Positions 22,092-33,139 of a stretch of 64,000 bases of DNA are shown one piece after another (the first letter of the stretch is position 1; every line of letters begins with the position of its first letter). Under the pieces are notes generated by a model, which had not been told where the DNA came from, did not search any database, and was given only the letters and a program-made list of their open reading frames with translations. Source of the stretch: an uncultured Acidobacteriota bacterium (GTDB lineage: Bacteria; Acidobacteriota; UBA6911); contig CAWEJX010000006.1 of assembly GCA_963809485.1 (NCBI GenBank), positions 1 to 64,000 on the forward strand. Direction: 5' to 3'. A program made the translations under genes and the position numbers.

Positions 22092-22141
22092 TAATTACAT
22101 TGGTAAACCCCCGGCTCTGCCGGGGGACTCAAAGAGTTTGA
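22092..22141 (+). mobile_element. IS200/IS605-type MITE, left-end-only fragment
   Basis: TAATTACATTGGTAAACCCCCGGCTCTGCCGGGGGACTCAAAGAGTTTGA, then diverges. Confidence 0.75.
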
Positions 22142-22214
22142 TACCTCCAGGATGAGATTACGCCGACATACGCTGAAAAGGGCGCTGACGCACGCTGATC
22201 ACCGGCGTCGGTTT

Positions 22215-22832
22215 TCAGGGGACCATGTTCATGGCCGAAACGATCAGCCGGGCTACTTTCTCCGGCTGGTTTTTCGAGTCGATCATGATGTCGTAGAGCA
22301 GCGGGTTGAACCTGTCCTCTCCATAGTGAAGGCGGACATAGTCCAGCCGGATGGCATCGATTTTGCGGATCTGTGCTTCCACGTTTTTGCCCGGCGGAAT
22401 GCGCGTTTGGATCCTGCGAACCCGGTCTTCCCGGCGCGCATAGATGAGGGCATGGTACACGTCTTCTTTTCCCCGCAGGACGCACTGTGCGCCGCGACCG
22501 ACGATTACGCAATTTCCCATATTGTACGCTTCTTCAATAATCTGCCTGGCGAGTTGCGCCGCCTTCTGAGCATCGAATAAATCCACCGGCGCAACGGGGG
22601 AGATCCCATCGGCTCCGAGGCCCCAGATCGAGCGCGTCAGGCGGTGCATCCACGGATCCACCATCTCGTCAAAAGCCGCCACCTCGCTGGCCGGCACCTG
22701 CTCTTTGTGGCTGATCTCGGCGATCAGTTCCCTGTCCATGAGCCTCCAGCCCAGTTCGCGCGCAATGATTCCGGCAATTTCCGCGCCGCCGCTGCCGTAC
22801 TCCCTGGATACCGTCAAAACCTTGTATCTCAT
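22215..22832 (-). CDS. Cytidylate kinase-like family protein
   Basis: TVSREYGSGG P-loop variant, CVIVGRGA, YDIMIDS. Confidence 0.88.
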   Translation of the reverse strand: MRYKVLTVSREYGSGGAEIAGIIARELGWRLMDRELIAEISHKEQVPASEVAAFDEMVDPWMHRLTRSIWGLGADGISPVAPVDLFDAQKAAQLARQIIEEAYNMGNCVIVGRGAQCVLRGKEDVYHALIYARREDRVRRIQTRIPPGKNVEAQIRKIDAIRLDYVRLHYGEDRFNPLLYDIMIDSKNQPEKVARLIVSAMNMVP

Positions 22833-23144
22833 TTTTCCCCTCGTCCAAGTTTCTTTTAGCCGATGCCCAAATGCCCGTCCGGATTCAACAATTCAGATCC
22901 GGTTTGCCGCACCCCAATTGCGTCTCTTGCGCCAACCAATCAGGCCAAAACTGAAAAACGCGCCCTTTGCACATTATAGGTGAAACCCGCAGGTTTCACG
23001 CCGCAACGTGCCCCCGCCACTGATTATAATCAAGCGGCGACCGGGTCTGGAGAATATTCGCGATAAATCGACAGACGTGTAATCATCCCGAAATCCCCGG
23101 CTACAAGGATGCGGGTTGGGGACAAACCCTTGGAGCCGAGATCC

Positions 23145-23978
23145 CTACCTGGGCGTGGCTCCGGCTCCCCACTTGGTGCCGGATTCGCTGAGTGCGGCCC
23201 CTGCAACATCGACAACCGATGCCCCGCCATCCAGAAGAAGAACGGATCCGGTCATGAAAGAAGAATCCTCGCTTGCCAGATAAACGCAGATACCGGAGAT
23301 TTCCGAAACCAGTGCGATTCGGCGTAAGGGCACGTTGGAGGATAGTTTATGGAACACGCCTTCGATGTCGGTCCCCATCGCTTTGGCCACCGGAGTGAGA
23401 GCTTCTGCCAGCATCTCGGTTCTGGTGCCGCCCGGGCAAACAACGTTGCAGCGGATATTGGCCGGGCCATAGTCCAGCGCAACCTGCTTGGTGAAGTGGT
23501 TTAGACCCGCCTTGGATGCGCAATAGGCCGGCATAGCGGGCAGGCAGCGCAGCCCGCCCAACGCAGAAATGTTGATGATCGATCCGCCGCCGGCATTGAT
23601 CATCGGTTGGAGGGCAGCCTTTGTCATGAGGAATGGGCCGGTCAGGTTTACATCAATCACCTGCCTCCAAAGCTCCGGGCTGAGATCCAGCACCGCACCG
23701 CCCGGATCGATGGCGGCATTATTTATCAGGACATCGATTTTTCCGCCGAAGGAGAGAGTGGTTTTCACCATGCGCTCGCAGTCCTCGAATTGGGTTACAT
23801 CTCCGGCACAAATGGTAACCTTTTCTGCCGGCAGCGCCTGCGCCACCTTTTCAAGCATGGACCGGCGGCGGCCGCTGATACAGACTTTTGCGCCTTCCTT
23901 TACGAACCGCTCGGCTATGTCGGCGCCAATGCCCGTGCCACCACCGGTGATCAAAGCGACTTTTCCATCCAGTTTCAT
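23145..23978 (-). CDS. SDR family oxidoreductase
   Basis: TGGGTGIG, NNAA, YCASK; AGGAG RBS before ATG 23978. Confidence 0.92.
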   Translation of the reverse strand: MKLDGKVALITGGGTGIGADIAERFVKEGAKVCISGRRRSMLEKVAQALPAEKVTICAGDVTQFEDCERMVKTTLSFGGKIDVLINNAAIDPGGAVLDLSPELWRQVIDVNLTGPFLMTKAALQPMINAGGGSIINISALGGLRCLPAMPAYCASKAGLNHFTKQVALDYGPANIRCNVVCPGGTRTEMLAEALTPVAKAMGTDIEGVFHKLSSNVPLRRIALVSEISGICVYLASEDSSFMTGSVLLLDGGASVVDVAGAALSESGTKWGAGATPR

Positions 23979-24033
23979 TATGGATCTCCTTATCCGTCCC
24001 GTTACGCGCCTCCGCCCAAAACTTTGTACAGCG

Positions 24034-24321
24034 CTACGAGATTGGCCAGCCTTGCCAGGCGGTGACATAGCTGCCTTCCTCGAAAAGGCGCTTTTGAAGA
24101 AGCCCGCTCACCTGCGGGCGGATCTCCGCGACAAGGAAAGCATTGATCCTGCCCGGCAACTCGGTTGTCAAAACGACCCGTTCCGGTTTAACGGTCACAA
24201 CTGCGACCTCCGCCGGACCGGCCGCGGGTGGAGCTTGCCTGGGTTTGCAGTTCGATAAGAATAGTCCGGCAAGAACGCACGCTGCGGCACCGACATATCT
24301 GGACCAATTTTTATAAGGCAT
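24034..24321 (-). pseudogene. RND periplasmic adaptor (AcrA/MexA-like) N-terminal remnant
   Basis: Lipoprotein leader, TTELPGRINAFLVAEIRPQVSG...FEEGSYV; stops after ~95 aa. Confidence 0.8.
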
Positions 24322-24686
24322 GTGAAAGCTCCTCAAGGCAGCAACCGGTCGATAGCCCAAAACCGTATGAGATCAGGCTATCGGACACAGCACATGGGAA
24401 TAAGAAATGGAATACTAATCCGACGCGGTTCGGGAGGCAAGCACTGCCGGTCGCTGTGCCTCTCTGCCGGCAGCCGGAAAAGGAACAAGACGCAGTTGCA
24501 GCAAGATTTGTGCCAATTGGGCCCGGGAGTCCCGGCATCGCGATAAATTCCGGCGCGTGCTGGTTTCCAAAAACCCTGCAGCCCTTTTCTTGAAATTCAC
24601 GGGACCCGCCGCACGCTTTTTGAATTACAATCAGACCGTTCGGGTGATGCATCGTTGTAGAGTTGACTGACTCAAGGGAGGCGGCT

Positions 24687-25802
24687 ATGGCGCGCAGGAG
24701 TCGAAAGAGCAGAATACGAAGGGTACACGCAGCGATATTCTCCCGGCGCTCTCTCCCCGGCAGCGCACCGGGGACGCTGATCGTGGATCCTGATGCTCCG
24801 AAACCGGTCATACGCCTGGTATCCTTCAGCCCCGACAAGGTGATCGAAAAGCAGGTCGAGGATGTACAGGCTGTGCGGTCCTTCGTAGGCATTTGGCCGG
24901 TTACCTGGATCAACGTGGCGGGACTCGGAGATCTGTCCGTTATCACGAAACTGGGCGAAATCTTCAATCTTCATCGATTGGCCCTGGAAGATGTCCTCAA
25001 CGTGCACCAGCGTCCGAAGGTGGAGCAGTACAAGGACTATATCTACATAGTTGTCCGGCTGGTGAAAGATGCGGAGAAATACGATTCGGAGCAGATCAGC
25101 ATTTTCTTCGGCAGGAACTTCGTATTGAGTTTTCAGGAACAGTCCGGCAAATATTTCGATCCTGTCATCGAGCGCATTCGGGCTGGGAGCGGCCGTGTAC
25201 GCACCGCCGGCACCGATCATCTGACCTACGCCCTGATCGATGCGGTCATCGACTGCCAGTTTCCGGTGCTGGAGCGTTTTGGCGAGGTGGTTGAATCCCT
25301 GGAGGATTCTATCGTCGCCCAACCCGACAGCCGCCTCATCGGGCAAATACATGGATTGCGCCAGGGACTGCTCACTTTCCGGCGCATTGCCTGGCCGATG
25401 CGGGAAGCCATGAGCGTCCTCTATCGCGACCCCATCCCGCTGATCGACGAGGAGGAGCGCTTCTACCTGCGGGACTGTTATGACCACATGGTGCAGATCA
25501 TGGATTTGATCGAGAATTACCGGGATGTGACCTCGGGATTGATGGAGGTGTTCCTGTCCAGCATCGGGAACCGCACCAACGAGATCATGAAGGTGTTGAC
25601 CATCATTTCGGCCGTATTCATACCCCTCACGCTCATCTCCGGCATTTACGGAATGAATTTCAACACGAAGGTCTCGCCCTGGAACATGCCCGAACTGGAT
25701 TGGATCCTGGGATATCCGTTTGCCTTAAGCCTGATGGCGCTGGTTGCGCTGCTCCTTCTGCTCTTCTTCCGGAAGAAAGGCTGGCTCGGAAAAACGAGCT
25801 GA
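24687..25802 (+). CDS. corA: Magnesium/cobalt transporter CorA
   Basis: LALEDVLNVHQRPK, NEIMKVLT, GIYGMNF, MPEL. Confidence 0.95.
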   Translation: MARRSRKSRIRRVHAAIFSRRSLPGSAPGTLIVDPDAPKPVIRLVSFSPDKVIEKQVEDVQAVRSFVGIWPVTWINVAGLGDLSVITKLGEIFNLHRLALEDVLNVHQRPKVEQYKDYIYIVVRLVKDAEKYDSEQISIFFGRNFVLSFQEQSGKYFDPVIERIRAGSGRVRTAGTDHLTYALIDAVIDCQFPVLERFGEVVESLEDSIVAQPDSRLIGQIHGLRQGLLTFRRIAWPMREAMSVLYRDPIPLIDEEERFYLRDCYDHMVQIMDLIENYRDVTSGLMEVFLSSIGNRTNEIMKVLTIISAVFIPLTLISGIYGMNFNTKVSPWNMPELDWILGYPFALSLMALVALLLLLFFRKKGWLGKTS

Positions 25803-25817
25803 TAGAACCCTGGATAC

Positions 25818-26576
25818 TCAGGAGCGCAAGAACATTCTGGAGAAAAGCTGCAGGAGAGGATCCCCGCCCTGAGTTTCCCCGAAGAGGTCACGAAAGCCGG
25901 TATCGGTTTGAATCGGATGCGCGGCATTCTCGATCTGCTTTATTCTTGACTGCTCCTCCTGTTCCCGGAGCCTGGCCCGGTCGCGTTCGCGCGCCTTGCG
26001 CAGCCCGCCGTTTCGAATGAAAGACACGATCCGCTGAAGCTCCTGCCTGTCGAACCAGCTTCCATGGTCCCGGCACCAGTCCAGGACGATGCCCGAGCAT
26101 CCGGAAAAGTTTTTGTGATTCATCAGCTTCCCGCATTCCGGGCAGGGGATATAGGCGCGTTGCGGTTTGCTTGACGACGTCACCGGAGAATCATCTGTTT
26201 TGGATTGGAATCCGAGAACGGCTTCCTGGTCTTCCTCCTGCGTGCAGATAACCTGAAAGCTGTCTTTGTCCACCCAGATACCGCCGCACCGGGTGCATAT
26301 CTGCAGAGAATGTCGTCCGACGGTTGCCGGCGCCAGGCCGGTTTTGCAGCGAGGGCACTGCAGGGAGCCGGGTTTTTGCGGAACGGCGGGATCCATTTTG
26401 GCGCCGCAAAAGGGACAATGTTTCATCCCAATGGCAACCGCGCCAAAACAGGAAGCACACACGCGGACAGCGAGGGCGGACCGGCAGTATGGACAGGATG
26501 GGCTGTCTGGGGCAACCGCCGCACCGCAGCTGGGGCAGTGGAATGCCGTTATTTTGGTGTTCCCCGATCCGTCCAT
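25818..26576 (-). CDS. Multi zinc-ribbon protein (double zinc ribbon plus two zf-TFIIB-like domains)
   Basis: Many CxxC pairs; CTRCGGIWVD and CRDHGSWFDRQEL. Confidence 0.8.
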   Translation of the reverse strand: MDGSGNTKITAFHCPSCGAAVAPDSPSCPYCRSALAVRVCASCFGAVAIGMKHCPFCGAKMDPAVPQKPGSLQCPRCKTGLAPATVGRHSLQICTRCGGIWVDKDSFQVICTQEEDQEAVLGFQSKTDDSPVTSSSKPQRAYIPCPECGKLMNHKNFSGCSGIVLDWCRDHGSWFDRQELQRIVSFIRNGGLRKARERDRARLREQEEQSRIKQIENAAHPIQTDTGFRDLFGETQGGDPLLQLFSRMFLRS

Positions 26577-26722
26577 CCCAAATCCTCTTTCGTGTTCGCG
26601 CTTAGTTAGTTTCTGCTCCGAAAATAGCGGCCGCGATGGATCAATTACACCATTCGTTCACCCAACTGAGCGTCGGCGAAGCCGATTTTCATGCGCTTGG
26701 GTGCGCCCCGGCGCATGGAGGA

Positions 26723-27012
26723 CTGTCGCGAAACTGGTTTGTGCCGCGTAGCGGCACTATGATTTTAGCCCGGCCTTTCAAGGCCGGGAACCATGGTACA
26801 GCGAGCAGCGCGTCGCGTAGCGACGCCTGAGATTCAGCCGTCGCTACGCGACGGAAAACTTAACTCCTTTCGATCCAGGCCTTTTAAGGCCTGGCTAAAT
26901 TCAGCTGGCCGCTACGCGGCCTGACTCCAATTATCGGCTTCTATGTAATATCAAATATCCTATTGACGGTTGAAAAATTTGGCTTTTTCACAAAACCCGA
27001 GTTTCGCGACAG
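26723..27012. repeat. Inverted dimer of REP-like palindromes enclosed by 13-bp inverted repeats
   Basis: CTGTCGCGAAACT (26723) / AGTTTCGCGACAG (27000); six internal hairpins including GTGCCGC-GTA-GCGGCAC and CGTCGC-GTA-GCGACG. Confidence 0.75.
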
Positions 27013-27076
27013 AAACTAATTACAGACGCTCGGATATTCCATCGGACGGAAGAGGAAGCGTCATTAGCGAAGTACA

Positions 27077-30000
27077 TCAGGAAAGCTGCAAGCCGGAAAA
27101 GCTTTTTGGCTGGCGCTTTACCTCAAAGTTCCATTTCCAGATTTCATAAATGGCGGGATAGACGAGCAGCTCAAGCAGGAATGATGTCAGGATTCCTCCG
27201 ACCATGGGGGCAGCGATCCGTTTCATGACATCGGATCCCTCGCCGATCGCCCACATGATCGGGACGAGCCCGATGAAGGTTGTGGCGACAGTCATGAACT
27301 TCGGCCGGATCCGTTTGACCGCGCCGTGCATAATTGCGGTTTGCAGATCTTCGAGGTTGCGCATCCGCCCTTCCTTTTTCGCCTGCTCATAGGCCAGGTC
27401 AAGGTAGAGCAGCATGAAGACACCGGTTTCGGCATCGACGCCAAGCAGCGCGATGAGACCGACCCAGACGCCGACGCTCATGTTGTATCCGAGAAAGTAG
27501 AGAAACCATATGGCGCCGATGGCGGAGAAGGGAACTGCCAGCACCACGATGCCCACCTTAACCATGGACCTCGTGTTCATGTATAGCAGCAGCAGGATGA
27601 GAAAGAGCGTCAGGGGAATAACAACGAGCAGGCGTTCTTTCACACGCTGCATCGCTTCGTACTGCCCGCTCCAGAAATAGGCATATCCAGGCGGCAGTTT
27701 CATTTGAGCGCGCAGCAGTTGGTCGGCTTCTTCCACGTAGCTGCCGAGGTCCCGGTCCGCTACGTCGACAAACACGTAGCCGGATAGCAGCCCGTCCTCG
27801 TTTCGAATCATGGCCGGCCCGCCGCTTGGCTGGATGGTGGCAAGTTGCGACAGCGGGATCTGGCGGTCGCCGCCGGCCGCGACAAGCACACGGCCGAGCG
27901 CGCCGAAATCCGACCGGAAATCGCGCATATAGCGGACGTTGACCGGATATCGCTCGCGTCCTTCTATCGTGGTCGTGACATTTTCGCCGCCGATGGCGTT
28001 CTGGACAGCCCCTTGCGCCTCCTCGACGCTCAGCCCGTACCGGGCCAACTCGTCGCGGTTCCACTGGATGTCGAGGAAGAAGCCTCCTCCCGTGCGCTCT
28101 GCGAAGACGTTCCGGGTGCCGCGAACTTGAGGCAGGAGAGACTCGATCTCGACGCCCACCTCCTCGATCTTTTTAAGGTCGATGCCGGAAATCTTCAGAC
28201 CCAGCGGCGTGCGTATGCCCGTGGTGAGCATGTCGGTGCGGGCTTTGATCGGCATGGTCCACGCGTTGGATAGCCCCGGCAGCTTTACGGCTTCGTTCAG
28301 CTGGTTGACCAGTTCCTCCTGGGAGATATGATCGGGCCAGATGCGGCGGAATGCGGGCTTCAGCCACTCCGGCGCCCAGGAGGAGTACCACGTCTCCGTC
28401 TTGCGCCATTCCGATTTCGGTTTCAGGGTAATGACGGTTTCCAGCATGGACAGGGGCGCCGGGTCCGTGGAGGTTTCTGCCCGCCCGGCTTTTCCCAGAA
28501 CGCGATCCACCTCCGGGAATTGCTTGATGATGCGGTCAGTGACCTGCAGGACTTTCTGCGCCTCGGCAATCGATATGCCGGGCATGGTCGTGGGCATGTA
28601 AAAGCGAACCCTCATTGAGCGGCGGCATGAACTCCGAGCCGAGCTTCATGAATACGGGGATCGTGATCAGCACCAGGGCCGTCGCTGAACCGATCACGGT
28701 CCACTTCCAGCGCAGCACCCAGGCTGCAACGGGCTCGTAAATCCGCACAAGATTCCTGCTGATCGGGTGGCGGCTCTCCTCATGCACCTTGCCGATCAGA
28801 GCCGTATTCACGACACGGCAGATCCACAACGGCTGGAAACTGAAAGTGCGGATGTGCGTGAGGGCAAGCCTCAAGCGCGGGATCGAGCGTGATGGCCAGG
28901 ATGGCCGCCACGATCATCGACAGGTTCTTCGTGTAGGCAAGCGGTTTGAAAAGACGGCCTTCCTGCGCTTCCAGGGCGAGAATGGGAATGAACGATACGC
29001 CGATGACGAGCAGCGCGTAAAAGCTGGTGCCGCCGACCTCTTTTACGGCCGCAATGATCGCTTTCCGAAATCCTCCTTCCGGTCCCCTTTGCCCCATTCC
29101 TCGAGTTTCTTGTGAGTCTGTTCGACCACCACGAGGGCGGCATCGTCCAGGGCGCCGATCGCGATCGCAATGCCGCCGAGCGACATGATATTGGCCGTGA
29201 TCCCCATGGCGGTGAAAGGGATGAATGAAATAAGCACGGCGAATGAGATTGTAATGATCGGGATGAGGGCGCTGGGGATATGCCAGAGGAAAAGGAGAAT
29301 CATGAAGACCACGGTGGCGAGCACTTCAAGGACTGTCTCCTTCAGGTTGCTGATCGCCTTATTAATAAGATCGGATCGGTCGTAGATAGGGACGATCTTC
29401 ATTCCTTCGGGCAGGCCTGGCTCGATCTCGCGAATGCGGTCTTTGACACGGTCGATCACCTTCAGGGCGTTCTGCCCCTGGCGCATCACGATGATGCCGC
29501 TGACGACCTCACCCGTGCCGTCGAGGTCCGAAACGCCGCGGCGGATGTCGGGGCCCAGTGTGACCTGGCCGATATCTTTGATGCGGATCGGGGTGCCGCT
29601 CTCGCTTGCCCGCAGCACGATGCTCTCGATGTCCTCGATCGATTTGGCGTATCCGCGTCCCCGCACCATGTATTCCGTGCCGCCGAAATCGATCAGCCGG
29701 CCGCCGGACTCGGCGTTGCCTCCACGCACGGCCGTGACGACCGTCTGGATCGGGATGCCGTAGAACTGCAGCCGGTTGGGATCGACGTTGACCTGGTACT
29801 GGCGGCCGAAGCCGCCCAGGGAGGCGACTTCAGCTACTCCCGGTACGGCCTTGAGATAATATTTGAGGTACCAGTCCTGGTAGGAGCGCAGGTCGGCGAG
29901 GCTGCGCTTGCCGGAAGTATCTACCAGGGCATACTGATAGATCCAGCCGAGGCCGGTGGCGTCCGGGCCGATTTCAGTCTGAACCCCCTGCGGCAGGCGC

Positions 30001-30164
30001 GACTGGACGCTCGACAGGTATTCCAGGGCCCGCGAGCGCGCCCAGTAGATGTCGGTGCCGTCGTCGTAGATGACATAAACAAAGGAATAGCCGAAGTCGG
30101 AGAAACCGCGTACCGCTCGGACCTTGGGCGCGCCGAGCAGAGCGCTGACAATCGGGTAAGTGAC
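27077..30164 (-). pseudogene. cusA: CusA/CzcA family heavy-metal efflux RND permease, 5'-truncated, two frameshifts
   Basis: DIYWARSRALEYL, GPDATGLGWIYQY, GGIAIAIGALDDA, RIRPKFMT; begins abruptly at VTYPI, TM1 region missing. Confidence 0.88.
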
Positions 30165-30975
30165 TAGGTTGACTTCGGCGACAAACAATTTCCCTTCAGG
30201 AAACCTGCGTTTAAGCATCAAGACGCCGATTGGGCTCGGAGCAAGCGGGGGTTTGGGGCATACGGTGAGGGTTCCGGATGCGCGGGAGCGTTACTTTGCC
30301 CTGAAGAGAATGGGGACCGATTGGGTTGGAAATCCGCTGCTGAAGCCAAGCCGCAACACGGGAATGGATGGGAGTGTTTCCTATCGTCGTCAAAGCCTGC
30401 TGCTGGAGTCGAATCTTTACCTGGATTATATCGAGAACTATGTTTCAGTCATTCCGCAGGCTAAAGTCAACATGGTCGGCGGAGTCATGAACAGCAAAGC
30501 CCGTTCGTATCAGAATGCTGATGCCAGGATGTATGGAGGAGAGTTCCTGGTTTCCTATATTTTTACGAAGAGTCTGTTTCTCAGCAGCGACCTGTCCTTC
30601 ATCAGGGGTACACGGGATGTCGATCCGGCGAACGGAATTCTGACTCCCGATCTGGCCGAAATGCCTCCAATGCGGTCCCGGACAAGCCTGCGCTATGACT
30701 CGGGGTGGCTTTATGGGGAGATCGAAGGAGTGTTTGCCGGGGCCCAGAAGCATGTGGACACAACGCTGGGTGAACAGCCAACGGCAGGTTATGGGATTGC
30801 GAATATTCGTGTGGGTTTAAGCTATAAGAAGGCAGTTCTGAGACTGGGCCTGGACAACATTTTCGGCCGGAAATATTTTGAGCATCTTTCCTATCAGCGG
30901 GATCCCTTTCGCTCGGGCGCGCGCGTTTACGAGCCCGGCAGGAATTTCCTGGTACATATTTCCTATCGATACTGA
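30165..30975 (+). pseudogene. TonB-dependent receptor C-terminal barrel fragment (possibly OprC-like copper receptor)
   Basis: RVPDARERY, GNPLLKP, LDNIFGRKY, EPGRNF, terminal aromatic residue; no signal peptide or plug. Confidence 0.8.
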
Positions 30976-31300
30976 AACAGGGCGTGGAACGCCGACATAC
31001 GCTGAAAAAACCGCTGATGAACGCCGATCTCATATGAGGACTAACGTGTAAGGGCGGATAAAGAAAACGCCGGCCTCCCAAGGCATCGGAAGCGCCTCTG
31101 CCTGCAACCTGAAACCTTTTAGATAGATAGAAACGAATGATCTTACGGCGCATCTGCCGGAATTGTGATCTGCATCACTGAACCGGGCGGGTTATCCCCA
31201 TAAACTTGTAAACCTCATAGATAAGTGCGTCTTGAGCAGGACATAGACGGTGCGCTTCCCCTCGCATTCTGGCCGTGAACCTGTTTCCAGGAGATGGCAA

Positions 31301-33053
31301 ATGTATCGAAAAAGGGGATTACTGTCGGTTCTGACAATAGCTTTCGTTCTTATGGGCGGATCGGCCTCCTTCGGCCAGTCGCTATCGGATATCCGGCACA
31401 ACATCAAAGCGAAGGGGCAAAAGTGGATTGCGGGCGAAACATCGATTTCCGTTCTGCCGGAGAATGAGAAAAAGCGGCACCTGGGCTTGCTCAGGCAGGC
31501 CGCAAACGGCAAGGAAAAAGTTGTCCAACTGCAGGAACCGGCGACGGGCCTGGCACCATCCGTCGATTGGACGAATTTCGCCACTGCGGTGAGGTATCAG
31601 GGAAACTGCGGGAGTTGCTGGGCTTTTGCCGTCACGGCTGCCCTGGAGTCCAACATTCTGATCCGTGAAAACATGCCGCTCGGAGAGGACGACCGGGCGG
31701 AGCAGATTCTTGTTTCGTGCAGCGGCGCGGGAAGCTGCAATGGCGGGTATATAGGTTCGGCGTCGAGCTATGTACAGTCCATCGGCCTGCCGCCGGAATC
31801 GGCCTTCAGCTACACAGCCACGGATAACTCTTGCTCGAATGCCGAGATGGGATGGCAGGATGATACCAGCAAGATCGGCTCCTGGTCTTACGTGAACACC
31901 ACCCCGGCGAATCTTGCGGCCATAAAGAATGCTCTGTCCACCTACGGCCCCCTGGTCACAACGATGGATGTCTTTGGCGATTTCTATTCCTACAAGGGCG
32001 GAGTCTACGAGTATTCCACGGGGTCTCTAAGGGGAGGTCACGCCGTTCTGATCGTTGGATATACCGATGATCCGACGCGCCCCGATGGGGGCTATTTCAA
32101 GGTTAAAAACAGTTGGGGAACCGGTTGGGGCAGCAGCGGCTATTTCCTGATCGGCTATTCGCAAATGAACGGGCCCGTTTATTTCGGCGAGTGGACCATT
32201 GCGTACACGGCGCCGGTTTTGGTCTCGCCTCCGGAAGCGCCAGGCAGCTTGACTGCATCCGCGATATCCGCCAGCCGGATCGATCTGGCCTGGACCGACA
32301 ACTCGGACGATGAAGACGGATTTAGAATCGAGCGCTGCACCGGTTCAGGCTGCAGCAATTTTTCGCAGCTGGCCACGGTCGGAATCGGTGTTACCTCCTA
32401 CTCCAACACAGGTTTGACCGGAGGCACAAGCTATTCCTACCGGGTGCGCGCGTACAACAACGGAGGCAATTCGGCCTCTTCCAACACTGCAGGCGCGACG
32501 ACTCAGGCGGTCCAGCCTCCGGCAGCCCCGAGCGGTTTAACAGCAACGGCGGCTTCCACCAGCCAGATTAATCTTGCCTGGACCGACAATTCGAATAACG
32601 AATCCGGCTTTAAAATAGAGCGCTGCACCGGTTCCGGTTGTACCGGCTTCGCGCAAATAGCGACGGTTGGAGCGGGCGTCCGGTCTTACAGCAACACCGG
32701 GCTTTCGGCAAATACAATCTACAGGTACCGGGTGCGTGCCTATAATGCGGACGCAAACTCCGCATATGCGAATGAAGCGGGCGCCACGACTTTATGCAGC
32801 TGCACCATTTCACCTACCAGCAAAAGTTTCCCGGCTTCTGGGGGCACCGCTCAGCGTGACTGTTACTGCGGCCGCAGGCTGCAACTGGACGGTAAATGAA
32901 AGCCTGTCATGGGCAAATAGCGTGATTGGGACAAGCGGCACCGGCAACGGCACGTACACTTACAGGGTTGACGCAAATACAACGCGCGCCCGCCGCGCCG
33001 GGACGATCAATATCGGGGGAAAGACCCACACCATCACACAGGCGAAGAAATAG
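31301..33053 (+). CDS. Secreted papain-family (C1A) cysteine peptidase with two FN3 repeats and BACON-like tail (frameshift near 32845)
   Basis: QGNCGSCWAF, GGHAVLIVGY, VKNSWGTGWG; two LAWTDNS..E.GF.IER FN3 units; tail completed in ORF 32667..33053. Confidence 0.9.
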
Positions 33054-33105
33054 CCGCAGCAACAGCATGGGAGGGCTGAAGTTCCTGCTGTTTAAAACGC
33101 TTCAT

Positions 33106-33139
33106 TTTGGAGGGGGCGGCCGGAAGGCCGCTCCCCAAA
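33106..33139. terminator. GC-rich hairpin after the peptidase gene, possible terminator
   Basis: GGGGCGGCC-GGAA-GGCCGCTCC flanked by short T/A runs; no strong U-tract on + strand. Confidence 0.4.
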
